Assembly (NCBI GenBank): GCA_047967505.1
Contig: CM106538.1
Length of the DNA stretch: 64,000 nucleotides
Direction: 5' to 3' (one strand)
From: Dipteris shenzhenensis
Lineage: Eukaryota
The notes under the pieces are model-generated. The model was given only the letters and a program-made list of their open reading frames with translations. It had not been told where the DNA came from and did no database searches. Both the position numbers and the translations under genes were made by a program. Below are positions 52,724-64,000 of this stretch, in pieces. Position 1 is the stretch's first letter. Each line of letters starts with the position of its first letter.

Positions 52724-55200
52724 TGTGATACAGGAGGAGGTTGTGGAATGGTGGGCGATGTCCCATACATTGGTGGTCCTGATGAAGGGTTCCATGGATT
52801 GGGTTAGGTTGGGCCTAACAGGTTGGACTAGAAGTCCTCTAGGGAGTGGTATGTTCCTTGCAGGCATAGGCTTATAAGAGGCACTTGTTGGGTAGGGAAT
52901 ATCTCCCATGTTTTGCTGCCAAGGAGGTATCATAGGGGATTTTGAGGTGGAGGGTCTTAATTGAGAGCCTTCAAAGTTACTCCTCTGCCCTCCTTTGCTC
53001 TAGATTTTGAGGACCTTGTGAGGATGTGGGTCCAAACCCCTCCCCATAGGATTGTCTATCATCAAAGAATTGGTATGACAGGGGCTGATTGCTATTAGGT
53101 ATTGTGGGACTTGGCTCCCTGGGTATTGCATCTGTCATTGATGGTTGGGCTGACATTTGAGCCTCTGACATTGCACTAGCCTGTCCAGCAAATGGGTTTA
53201 CCCACTCTACTTGGTCTGTCAATCCAAACCTTCCCATGATATTGGAAAAGGTTTCCCTTAATGTAGTTGCTGCTGTAGATGGGGTAGGAGAGTGGAGATC
53301 AATTGGGATGGAGTTCAGAGCCACTAAGGCTCTAACATTTGAGCGTCCACCCATGTCAATCCTGACTCATGGATTCTTCCGAGCTGGATAATTCAACTGG
53401 TGGTGGTTCTTGCAATGAGTGAGAGCCGACTTTTGAGCTTACTAACCCTGAGGATGCCAAGGTAGGTATGGAGGTTGAGAAGATGGTATTTGAGGCACTG
53501 TCTTTAGATTCAAGGTGATCTTGTAGGACTCTTCCTGATCTCAAGATCATGTGTTCATTGGCATGGTTGAGGCCTCAATTCTAGGTTGAGTCCGCCTCGA
53601 CACGGGGTCAAGGGGTGGCTTTTTGTGTTCTTAGAGCTATCCCTACGACCGACGGGATAGAGCTATGGTGAAACAACTGGTGGGATAGGGCTACGGCGAC
53701 AACTGATGGGGTGCAGGTTGGCAGGATACAGCTATGGTAACGATCAGCGGGATAGGGCTATGGCGACGATCGGTGGGTAGCAAGTCGGCGGGATAGAGCT
53801 ATGGCAACGATCGGCGGGATAACCTTATGGCACCAGGTTAATGCAAGTTTGACTGTAGGATAGCTGACTGACATTAATTAATTAGGGCGACAGGTTAGGT
53901 ACTGACATTTGTTAGGTCGGCGAGATAGAGCTATGGCAATGACCGGCGAGATATCAAGTCGGTGGGATAGCGCTAAGGTGATTGGTCAATGTAGCTTTGA
54001 CTAGTGGGACACAGTTTGGCACCACGTCAACACAAGTTTGACTAGCAAGATACGGTTTGGCATCGGGTCAATGCAAGTTTGACCGGTAGGATACGGTTTG
54101 GCACTAGGTCAATGCAAGTTTGACCGGTGGGATACGGTTTGGCACCGGTCGGTGGGATAGCGCTATCGCAACGACTTGTGGGGATAGGAACACATAGTTT
54201 CGCCGATTGGTTTTTGATGATTTGTGAAGATTTGGAAGTTTTTGTTCATGTTTTTTTGTGATGGGGGGAATGCTAAACTACCTAATCTACCTACTCAATG
54301 AAAAAAACTTGAAAGCGAAACAACTTTTGAAAGCCAAAATGCAAAATTTCAGAAAGGGTGAGTTCTAAGACACAAAGCTTCTTTAAGATTTGGCAAGAAT
54401 CCTCATTTTTGTTGTTTTTTGAGGTGTTTGGACCTCACATACACCTTAGCAATCTTTCAAACTATCTTCCTACCAACTCAAAACACTAAAAAGCATGAAA
54501 AACAAGCTTCAAATGCTCCAAAATGATTTTCCAACAAAAAAAAATAGTTTTCCTACTTTCCCGTCCAAACCTCTCACTTCCTCCCTCTTTCTTCTCCTAC
54601 AACTCCACTAACAAGCTCCAAGGTAAGCTTGAAACTTGTGCAATGGGAATATATCAAAGGGAGACAAGTGCAACTGCAAAAGCATATCTTCATTCCTTGG
54701 CAACAGCACCAAAAATGTGGTGTGGTCTCAATGGTGACTCACGTGTCATGGGAGAGTTGAAGATATGCCGACGGAGCTTCCACTCCCATCTACTCCTTGA
54801 GGGAGTAATGCATAGCATGAGTCATCTGCAAATGTCACTCAAGCGGCCTCTGGATTGTTGCAATGTGGTTTCACGCAAGAAAGAGGGAAAGGGAAGAGGG
54901 GAGAGGAGAGGGAGAAGAGGGAGAAGGAAGGAGGAGGGAGGGAAGAAGGAGAAGGGAGTGAAGGGGGATAGAGTGACAACCACAGAGGCACTATAATGGA
55001 AACAAGAGAACACCCAAAACACTCTCTTGGAAGAGAGGAGGGAGCTTGTATTCAAAATTGTGGAAACAATAATGAAGACCAAAGTCAACCATTTGGCCTT
55101 TTATATGTCACCTTTTGAAAGGAGGGCCAGCCCTAATCTCTTTATACCACTCTCTCTTCTCATTCTTTTACCATCCTCTTGGGCCCATCTGGCTCCAAGA
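52724..55200 (-). mobile_element. Gypsy-type 5' LTR region plus start of gag (MILRSGRVL...), interrupted by copia-5
   Basis: 53600-55200 matches the reverse complement of 16900-18450. An internal array of GGCGGGATAG.GCTATGGC.ACGA and GGTCAATGCAAGTTTGAC units spans 53640-54190. An ORF beginning M.LRSGR at 53550 is a start pattern common in gypsy gag. Termini approximate. Confidence 0.65.
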
Positions 55201-55417
55201 CACAATCCTGGCTCTATGGACTTGCCATTGTCCCATCAAATCACATCACTTAACCAGCGGTGGCGTATATTTAACCAATCTATTAACAGATACAATCCGT
55301 GTGCTGACCCAACATGCAGGCCCCCTTTTTGCACTACTATGAGGAAAACAATACAAAATACAGTATGTGTAAAAATGTAGTCTAATCAAACCAATCAACC
55401 TATGGGAAAACAAAACA

Positions 55418-56350
55418 ATTTCGACCCCCAGGGTGGTTTAATATAGTTATATATAATAAAGCACTAGCAAAACAAAACATTTCAACCACCACCATGCTGG
55501 TTTAGGACAACCACAATTTCAACCACCAGGCTGGTTTAGGACACGGTCACATTTTCAATCACCAGGCTAGTTTAGGATAGTCACTATTTCAACTACCGAG
55601 TTGGTTTAGCCTGACGATCATAATTAGACAATAACAAGTATATTGCTTTTCATTTTTGAATTTCACAATTAGAAAACAAAATTATATTGCGTTTCGTTTC
55701 TATACCAATATATTATTTTTTATTTCTTTATTTTTGTTTGACCACAATTTGAATTAGATACTGCTCTTTGACTTGAAATAGCACTGGGCTAGCTTAGGAC
55801 AATCACCATCACAATCACATTAAGTCCAAGCCATCCCGTCTAGAAAGTAAATGGTATATGACCCGAACAATAGGAAATTAAATTTAACTAATTTAGGTAC
55901 TAAGAAACACAATAATTTCAACCACTAAGCTGGTCAACAACTAATGTATATTCAAGCACACTGTGTTTGAGCTGAACCAACCACGGTTGCATGACGTTCC
56001 AACCACCGGGCTGGTTTAGTAAAATAACAATATATTGTTGTTCTGTTGCAAAATAAATTGCTTTTACTTTCACTTCAAGCACACTGGTTCAAGATAATCA
56101 CATAACTGGTGTTTGAGCTACCCCAACCACGATTGCATGATATTCCAAAGGTGTTCCAACCACCAGGTTGGTTTAGGACAATCACATTAAGTCCAAGCCA
56201 ACCTAGTTTTGGTGTTGGAGCTGAACCAACCATGATTGCATGATATTCCAACCATCGGGTTGGTTTAGGATAATCACATTAAGTCCAAGACAGCCTAGTA
56301 AACTATCCCAAAGCTCAATCACAAACAACCACCGAGCTGGTTTAGGCAAC
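55418..56350. repeat. Dispersed/tandem array of a hairpin-like motif TTCAACCACCAGGCTGGTTTAGGACA
   Basis: About 11 imperfect copies (e.g. 55420, 55481, 55517, 55553, 55587, 55916, 55998, 56155, 56246, 56327), with ~35-bp spacing in the core cluster. Confidence 0.85.
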
Positions 56351-56355
56351 CACTG

Positions 56356-56960
56356 ACCTGCATTGTATCAACCATGTGTATGATGTGCTCGTCAAACACC
56401 TTGTGTCCCGCCCGCTTTCTACATATCTTCTTGTTAGTTGGAGAAACTCTCATATTTTTGTGCCAAAACATCACCACTATTGAATGACTTCCGCACTTAG
56501 GCTGTCTCTCCTTTTCTTCCATTTTGTTGAAACCCATAGACTACTCGGATCGGGATGATCGGGTACTGCTTTCGCTCAACGTGCATCTCTCGAGGTGTTG
56601 GTAGCGTTGTCACTCTATGAACTTTAGGGTGCATGTTAAAGCTTGTGAAGACTCGAGACTGGTATTTACCTAAATGGCCTGATGTTGCTTGCTCAAATGC
56701 TACGACCAATCATGACATCATAGCTCGTGTTCTTTGCTCTGATGGTAATGATCGAATGTGTGTATCTGCAACTGCTTGTTGCTGCTTGTGCTGCTCTACG
56801 AAGTCTTCTATTCCTTGTGCCCTGACCAAGCTTTTCATCTTTCCTGTCTCGCAGCCTCTGTCTGCTTTTCTTGCAAGCCATGGCAAGCTGCATGTTGCCA
56901 TGGCAACGATTAGTGAAAGACAAAAATGCCAAACCAAAACAGAGAGAAGCTAGCTTGTGA
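56356..56960 (-). pseudogene. Possible DNA-transposase N-terminal fragment
   Basis: VVMFWHKNMRVSPTNKKICRKRAGHKVFDEHIIHMVDTMQ ends at a CAG|GTCAGT donor-like site. It resembles, from memory only, N-terminal segments of Sola-type transposases. No catalytic residues are visible. Confidence 0.3.
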
Positions 56961-58574
56961 GGCAAGCAAAGAATAAAAGACAACTTACCCGAAAGACGAC
57001 AATGCCAAACCAAAGATGGCACAAGGTCATGTCGAGGTGTGTGCAGGTTGCAGGGTATGGGTAGGTTACAGGTACTTAATCTTGTAAGATTTGATGGGCG
57101 GGAGGTGTGAAAATTCAAAATTCATGGGAGTAGCAAAATTTTCAGCCCTCGGTTTCCCCCCCTCCGACGATACACGTCAGTTGAATTGGATTTCCCAAAC
57201 AAGTGCAATGTGGCCTCAAATGCTTCAAAACACAAATAGGCCAAAGGACATGCTATCGGGTTTGATGCTATGTATTATAAAATGCAATGACCTTTGGCAT
57301 GCTTATGAGCCATATAGCAAGCAAGTGCATGGAAAAAGAAACAATTCAAAATTATAAATAGGGTTGGATTTATTAAAAGATCTTTGCACATGCACAAATT
57401 GCACATTTTCAACTTCTTCCATTTTAGGGTGAATCTAGATACCAATACCAACAACTATCAATGTTTTAAGACCACCATGCAGTAGTCCCACTAGTTTGGA
57501 TTCCAAATTTTCAATCCATTTTGGTTTTCAACAAATAAAAAAAAAACTATGGAGCATGCCCTCAAATGGGTGTGCATCATTTTAGCACAACATTAGAGGC
57601 CCGTTAATCCATGCCTAATGTTTTCATTTAGGTGTGTCCTTGGGTTGAGGAGAAGCTCACGTAGTGTACTTTTGAATGATTACTTGGTTGCATGTATGTA
57701 CATAATAAAATTTTGATGTTTTTGAATAAATTGCTATATCCTATAGTCTTTAGGATGCATGCTTCACATGCAACATAGCACTTGTAATGCTTTAACAGTC
57801 TCATCCCGAATCCTTATTCCATATTTTTTTGGGTCTCATGTTCAAGTTTAGAATGTGTACTACAACTTGAAGACAAAGTTTTCCGAATCCTATTGAGAAA
57901 TGCATAAGTTATGGGTCATGCAAGATACCTATATACAGAAGAGTTGCTGAACCTCATAAAAAATGGCTACACCCAAGCAAACAATGACCCAAAAGGGGAT
58001 CTAAGTACCCCTTACACATGTATATTTTCTGTAACTCTATAAGAAAATAAAACCCATTCTATTGAACTCATCCGCCACCTTGTATATTTCTTAGTAAAAG
58101 TCTCCTTGGGATTTTGCAACGTTAAGCATATAGAGTTGATCTACATCTTTGAATTCCTCTCTTTAGATAAATTAATTGATTCAAAAGAATTTCCAAATAG
58201 GGTGAAAAAGTTTATATTTTGTTAGAAGAATGTTGGAATAAAAATTCATAATCAATAAAATTGAAAAAAAAAGTCTTCTAGAGCACACCTTTAAAGTACT
58301 CCTTGAGAAAACACATGTGGGCTTCTTACACAAGAACATAAACTTTGAATTGTGACCGACTTAAGAAAGGGTAAACATAGAGGTGCACTCTTGAACGAAC
58401 ATATTCTTTCAAGGAAACTATGAACCATTATGAATTATTCCTCTGCCACTAAATGAAAGGGCAAAGTGTAGATTTCATGAGCATATTTTCTAAAACTTTA
58501 TGACTAGCCAATAGCTAGGGGCCACAAATTTCAGTGAGAATCACCTTTCATTTGCATGTTCATGAAAGGATGTG

Positions 58575-58810
58575 TTATTTGACATGTGTTGAAGATGCCA
58601 ATTATGGGCAAAGCTATGGTCAGAGAATGATGGTGTTGATCAACATTATTGAATGGCTTATCCTTAAGTGGTTTAGGAAAGGGGCAATTATGGGTTGTAT
58701 GACATGTGTTGAAGGTGCCAATTAAGAGCAAAGATATAGTCGGAGAATGAATTATGATGGTCTTGTGATCAACACTATTGAATGGCTTTATCCTTAAGTA
58801 GCGTAGGAAA
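58575..58810. repeat. Tandem duplication, ~120-bp unit
   Basis: GACATGTGTTGAAG.TGCCAATTA...ATTGAATGGCTT.ATCCTTAAGT occurs twice. Confidence 0.8.
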
Positions 58811-59324
58811 AGGGGGAAGGCAAGGTTAATTGAGAATTTATTTTCCTTTAAAGTAATATCTCTTAGAGTGTACAAAAGGAAGAATCTTGATTTGTGTAGA
58901 TCCACCTTTCCTCTAAACGGGACATGTTGGGAATACTCTAGGTGTCATCCTCAATCATCCCTCTTATAATCCACGATGCTGAAGTTGATGGATTTTGCTC
59001 CAAAGTGTATCTCTCTTTCAAAAGGAAGAAAAAAATAATGAAACTTTATCTTGGTGGTAAAGGAATAGGTCGCCAAGCGGAATATTATTGTTTATTAAGA
59101 CCAAGTTCTCATGATACGTGTGTATTAACTTTCAAGGGGTGGGAGGCCATTCTCAGGAGGAATTTAGGTAGGTTTCGACAATCGGTCGTCAGGTAGTAGG
59201 GAGCCAACTACCCGGATTTCGATCAAAATGGCCTACAAATGGCCCCTCTTGGTCGTCAAAATGAATTGGGAGGCATCGCAGCCACATTGTCATGGAGTCG
59301 CATTGCCATGTGTCTACTCTTTTC

Positions 59325-59342
59325 GCACGTTGCCACGTGTGT
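59325..59342 (+). promoter_or_regulatory. Paired ACGT elements (ABRE/G-box) upstream of the LEA gene
   Basis: GCACGTTGCCACGTGTGT, with a TATA-like TATAAA at ~59673. ABREs are established features of LEA promoters. Confidence 0.55.
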
Positions 59343-59900
59343 ACAATCTGGTCTTCTACCAAGTTTGCTCGTATGCCGTATCATCACCCACTACCATGTC
59401 ATTGCACGGGGCTGGTGCCATTTCCTCCAATCGGAGGGTCTTTTGAGTGACGATGTGTGTGTGCATGTGGTTAAATGTTGTGTATGCTTTTGCTGAGTTG
59501 GAGTGTTTTGGTGGGTTTTTGAGGGACGGTTTCCTCAATTAAAGTCTCTTGTTTGGACGGTTCAGATTAGAGACGACCAAATGTGATTAATTAACAGAAT
59601 CTAGCCGTCATCTGCACAGCATCAGCTCATGCTTCAAAGTTAAATCTCCCTATTTGTTTGCTTGCATTCTGTATAAAGGCAACCCCATCAAGCATTGCAA
59701 TTGCATACAGCTTCCTCAAGCATTGCAATTGCATACAGCTTTCCTTCCATGGATTATTCGTCTTCCATCGCGTAGTGCTCTAAATTAACGCTTTCCTCGT
59801 CAAGTCCTGCGCATTCTGCCCGTCGATCCTCTTCACAATTCATTTCGCTGGCTTTGGTGACGCTTGCTGGCATATGCTCAACAACCCGTTGCCCATCCCA

Positions 59901-60451
59901 ATGGCTCATACAGTTTTTAGCTTGCAACCGACAAGACTTCTGCGTCTATCTACCGCTCTCCCGTCCGGGTGCGTCCCTTCTCCGTGACGTAACGTGACTG
60001 GTGAACGCAGTATCACAGTGCTTATGTTGCGTTTGTTCCTTACAATTGTGCATTATATACTTAGTACTTCAGGGGCTTTATATGTAGCGCATTGACACAA
60101 AGTATCACCTCAAAGTTCAAGCAGCAGGTAATTGGCATATTAATGTAGTGGAACTGAAGATGTTTCAGGAAGCGGAGCTTGATGGGAACAGGGGAAAGTG
60201 GTCAAGAGGGAGCGGCTGTTGTTCCCGAGAAGCGGCCAAAAGCTTGTGGTGGGTTGCCTAAATGGTGGAGTCCTGATCCAGACACTGGAGTTTGGGCACC
60301 GGAGATAGAGTCACACCCAGTGGACGCTGTGTTCTTGCGAGCAGAGCGGCTAAGCAAGGCGATTGCTTCGCCGTCGAGTGCACCGTCCATGGCTGCTAAA
60401 CCAGCGTGGTGGTGCTCCTTGGAAGAAACACCAGAACGGCATTACTTTTAA
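59901..60451 (+). CDS. LEA_3 family (LEA5/SAG21/Di21-like) protein, 2 exons: 59901-59968 and 60169-60451, ~116 aa; alternative in-frame ATG at 59874
   Basis: WWSPDPDTGVWAPE matches the LEA_3 W.PDP.TG...PE motif. A phase-2 intron of 200 bp (GG|GTGCGT...TGTTTCAG|G) joins a transit-peptide-like N-terminus (MAHTVFSLQPTRLLRLSTALPSGKRSL) in frame. The region is CpG-rich. Confidence 0.85.
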
Positions 60452-61921
60452 TCAAGTGAGCTGGAAAGCTCAAGAATCCCAGAACCCAAAAGAAAAAGAC
60501 GATTATACTCTTATAAGGGACCCTGTTTAGAAATCTACTATAGAAAAAGAGGATTATACTTTTATGAGGGGAGCCTGTCTACAACTCAAATGGCACGAAA
60601 ATGCACTATTTTGGTTCATCCGAATGGAATGACTTTCTTTACAACCTATCACCCATACTTGATTAGGATCCTTTTTTTTTTTTTAATCCATGCCTCTTGC
60701 TCATCAAAATTGAGCTAAATTTATGATTTATCTTTATTATCAAGCAAACACAACAAAATGAATGGAAGTTGCAATGATTGATGTCTTTTAGAGGGGAGAG
60801 AGTGTGATGACCAAGGGATAGAAGCCATGCCCTATGCTTTGATGCTAGTAGCATGTGACTTCTCCTCGATTCATATGTTCTATTAATGCAACCTAGCATA
60901 ATTACTTATTTACCAAATACAAGCAACATGGTAACACGGACATCACATTTGCATAGAGAAAGTTTCTATGAATAGCAATTCACATTTCATCAAGGAGCAC
61001 TAGCGAGATTCTCACGAGAAAGAAAAGCCATTGCAAGGGATAGACAAGTGAATGTACTAATGAGCTAGATTCTGTTTGGAATAGCCAAATTCATTACAAA
61101 AGTAATGAATTGTGTTTGGGATCGACAATTCATTATTGATGATCTGGATTGTTTTTGGAATAGCCCAATTCATTACAAAGGTTGCAACATTTAAAAAGTT
61201 GCAAAGGCCTCTAAGCTCTCAATCAACTTTTCCCACTTAGCAATCAGATTATATGATTCCATATGCCATTCCATACTACCAAATTACACTTGTCAACTCC
61301 ATTCCATACTACCAAATTATGCTTCTCTCTACTTCCCAACGCCAATCTATTGAAACATAGAGTTTGTTTCACTTTTCTTTCATTGCCAATCTATTGAACC
61401 ACAGAGTTTGTTTCACTTTTCTTTCATTGCCAACCTCTTCGAGCTAATGAAGGAGTAGTTATTTGCACACATATAATGACTACATGACCACAAGCCAAAA
61501 CCACCCTTGCATATAAGGCTTTTGAAGCAGTTGTGTAGCACACCTTTAACAAGGTGGAAGATTCAATGATTGAATTAAGAAACCCAAAACACATGAACTT
61601 GGGCAATACATCCTTGGAACTTTATAAATCTAATTTCCCATAATGAACAATGAGACAACCCTCATGTTGGTCTTAGCTCCTCAAATTACAGACAAAGATC
61701 CATGTGGAACTCAGCTCCCAACTGTAGAGCTTCTCAAGCTCACCTCCCCAAGCATTGCTATGGCCGAATTCCACAATCCATGTGCTCATTACTAGATATG
61801 TGTGGCCTAAGCTCTCATGTCAATATATAGCATGTGACTAAATATGTCAATATATAGCCTTAGCACATGACTAAAATATATCACGATGCTTTTACCCTTA
61901 TTCTATAGGGCATTCAAGAAT

Positions 61922-62916
61922 GAGGCAGTCAATAGAGCGAGCGAGAAAAAGCGAGCAAGCCCAAAAAAGCGAGCGACAATTAGTTGAAGTGGTTGGAAAA
62001 TCAAGCAAGAAAAGAAAGAATCTAAGCTTTTTATAAAATAATTGCTTGAAGTACAAAGTATTCAAAAAGGTGGTTATGTGTCACAAAATTTATATTCTGA
62101 TGCACACAAGTTTTTAGATGGTGCAAAAAGGCATGATATTTATCTAAATCATGCCTTGTCATTTGATTTGATATGTAACATTATGCCATTTATATTTGAT
62201 AATCAAAAGATGCACGAATGTTAAAAACTCATCTTTTGGGCCAAAACAATCAAATGTTGACATCCTGCCAAAATATAGGGATGTTTAACGCGCTCCCTAT
62301 TTTGGCCCAAAAGAGGACATTTTCACATCCCTGTATCTTTTGTTTACAAGTCCAAACGGGGTCATGTTACATATCAAATCAAATGGCAAGGTGTACTTTA
62401 GATGATTATCATGTCTTTGTGCACCATCTAGTAAAATGTAATGCACCAAAATATGAATTTGTGGTCAATTTGCTGCATTGGTAAGATTAGTGGGAGGTAA
62501 GGATAAATCATTAGGGAAGGATATTTTTGCAGTAACAAAGAAACATGGGTTTTGTTCCAAGAGTGAACAGAGTTAAAAAAGTGAAGCATTTACATATGCA
62601 TGGAATCTAGACTAATCCATGCAAGGAGTCCTTGGAAAGATGATCTCAATTACTCTAGTGGAAAGAGAGAACTTGATTGCAGTAGGGTTTGTCTTTGATA
62701 CAAACAATGACTTGGAAATTAAACATACAAACTGTCTCATGGATGATGTGAAATTAGTGTTAATGGCTTTAAAGTTATATGCATGTTTAACCTTCTAGCA
62801 TTGAGGGAACATATGCACTTTTGAATAAGTTATTATTTTTTGCTACTAAAATGGTTTTTGATCGCTCGCTTTTTTTGGCTCGCTCGCTTTTTATTGCTCG
62901 CTTTTTGGTAATCCTC
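61922..62916. mobile_element. Non-autonomous Mutator-like (MULE/MITE) element, 995 bp
   Basis: Perfect 9-bp TSD TTCAAGAAT (61913-61921 / 62917-62925). Termini GAGG...CCTC, with imperfect ~60-bp TIRs built from AAAAAGCGAGC / GCTCGCTTTTT. No coding capacity. Confidence 0.85.
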
Positions 62917-63106
62917 TTCAAGAATGAACTTACCTATATAAGGTTTTTACCCTTATTCTATAGGGCATTCAAGAATGAACTTACCTATAGAAGGAATTCA
63001 TTAACCTAATCCTTGGGCCACACCATGCCTCCTTCTAGGGTCTCCTTCTAACCCTAGGGCTAGTTACTCAAAACCTAGGGTTAGCCAAAGATGTACTAAC
63101 TTTATA

Positions 63107-64000
63107 TGATTGGCTTTTATATGCGTGTGTCTTCATTTGCCATCTTATTTTGTACAAACACATGGATAAGCATAAACTAGGTCAACCTAACATACCTAAA
63201 CCCAAGCATCAACTTTTTGGATTATATGTCTATTTTGTATCAAACCCTCCAACTTCACTAGGGAAGCCTTAAAATGCTTCCATGAAGGAATCAATTCGCT
63301 ACTATTCCTCCCAAAAACATAGCAATACACATTGCAAGGCTCCTACAAATTTGCATAGAGGGGTGGTATTTGTGTTGTATGTAAAGGAAAAAGATGAGAG
63401 GTTGTTTAAGAAGAGGTTGCCAAAGTTCAACCAACAAGTATAGCTTGAGTGTTGAAATATGTTGAATCATTCCATGCCTTTTAATCCCTAAAAAATGGGA
63501 TCCTATTCTAGTTCCCAAGGAAGGTCTTGAGGTCATTCTTTTCATAGAGTTATATTGGTCATGAAGGACTTTCCTATATACTGTTCTAGTTATCGATTGG
63601 GCCCATACGTATGACCATCGTTTGTAGAATCATGATACGATCGTATATGAAATTATGACCAGTTTCTAAGGTGGAGAGAACATTAGGCCATAAAAATTCT
63701 ACCTTGCATTCTTCTTTCTAACGATTTGATGGCTTGAATATGAGGGAAACTATTCTTAATGTGTCCTTTACATTTAAAGTCTCATGAACTCTTTCTTACA
63801 ATGTGATGGCTTGAATATGAGGAAACTATTCTTGATGTTTTCTTTTAGTTTTAAAGCCTCATGACTTAAATGCATGCCTCTACAAGGTCATGATGGCCAC
63901 AATTTTGTTTGCTTTTTTTTTGTGTGAGGTGGTTATACAGTGGTGGTTGTAACATATGACACTCTATGGCTCAATGAAAAATAGTCATAATAAAATATGG
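63107..64000 (-). repeat. Long inverted repeat, right copy (runs off the window)
   Basis: Reverse complement of 44616-45887 in two blocks with scattered substitutions. Confidence 0.93.

Noticed and set aside
53640-54190. Independent satellite or guide-like array
   Set aside because: The same repeats occur at the equivalent position of the related LTR at 17880-18450, so they are an LTR-internal feature.
55418-56350. CRISPR-like repeat-spacer array
   Set aside because: Eukaryotic context, degenerate repeats, irregular and mutually similar spacers, and no cas genes.
55332-57666. CACTA element (CACTACTATGAG at 55332, CTCACGTAGTG ending at 57666)
   Set aside because: The termini match only loosely, the flanking triplets (TTG vs TAC) give no 3-bp TSD, and no Tnp2-type motifs are visible.

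Overview
Eukaryotic, land-plant-type nuclear DNA dominated by nested, partly deleted transposons. A seed-free plant such as a fern is my guess from the element types; the sequence does not prove it. Only two intact-looking host genes are present: a spliced histone H1 (minus, 11026-11839) and a spliced LEA_3/SAG21-like gene (plus, ~59901-60451). Ty1/copia LTR retrotransposons include two complete elements with both LTRs, PBS, PPT and TSD (1844-7197 and 37454-42910) and several truncated or rearranged copies. Also present: two copies of a Ty3/gypsy-type gag-protease element with unusual architecture, a gag-only LTR element whose 5' LTR carries a GCM/WRKY-type zinc-finger fragment, a Sola1-like DDD transposase pseudogene, and a Mutator-type non-autonomous element with a 9-bp TSD. 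A pair of long inverted repeats (44616-45887 and 63107-64000+) brackets the transposase and the LEA gene. Family assignments come from motif recognition by eye, not from database searches.
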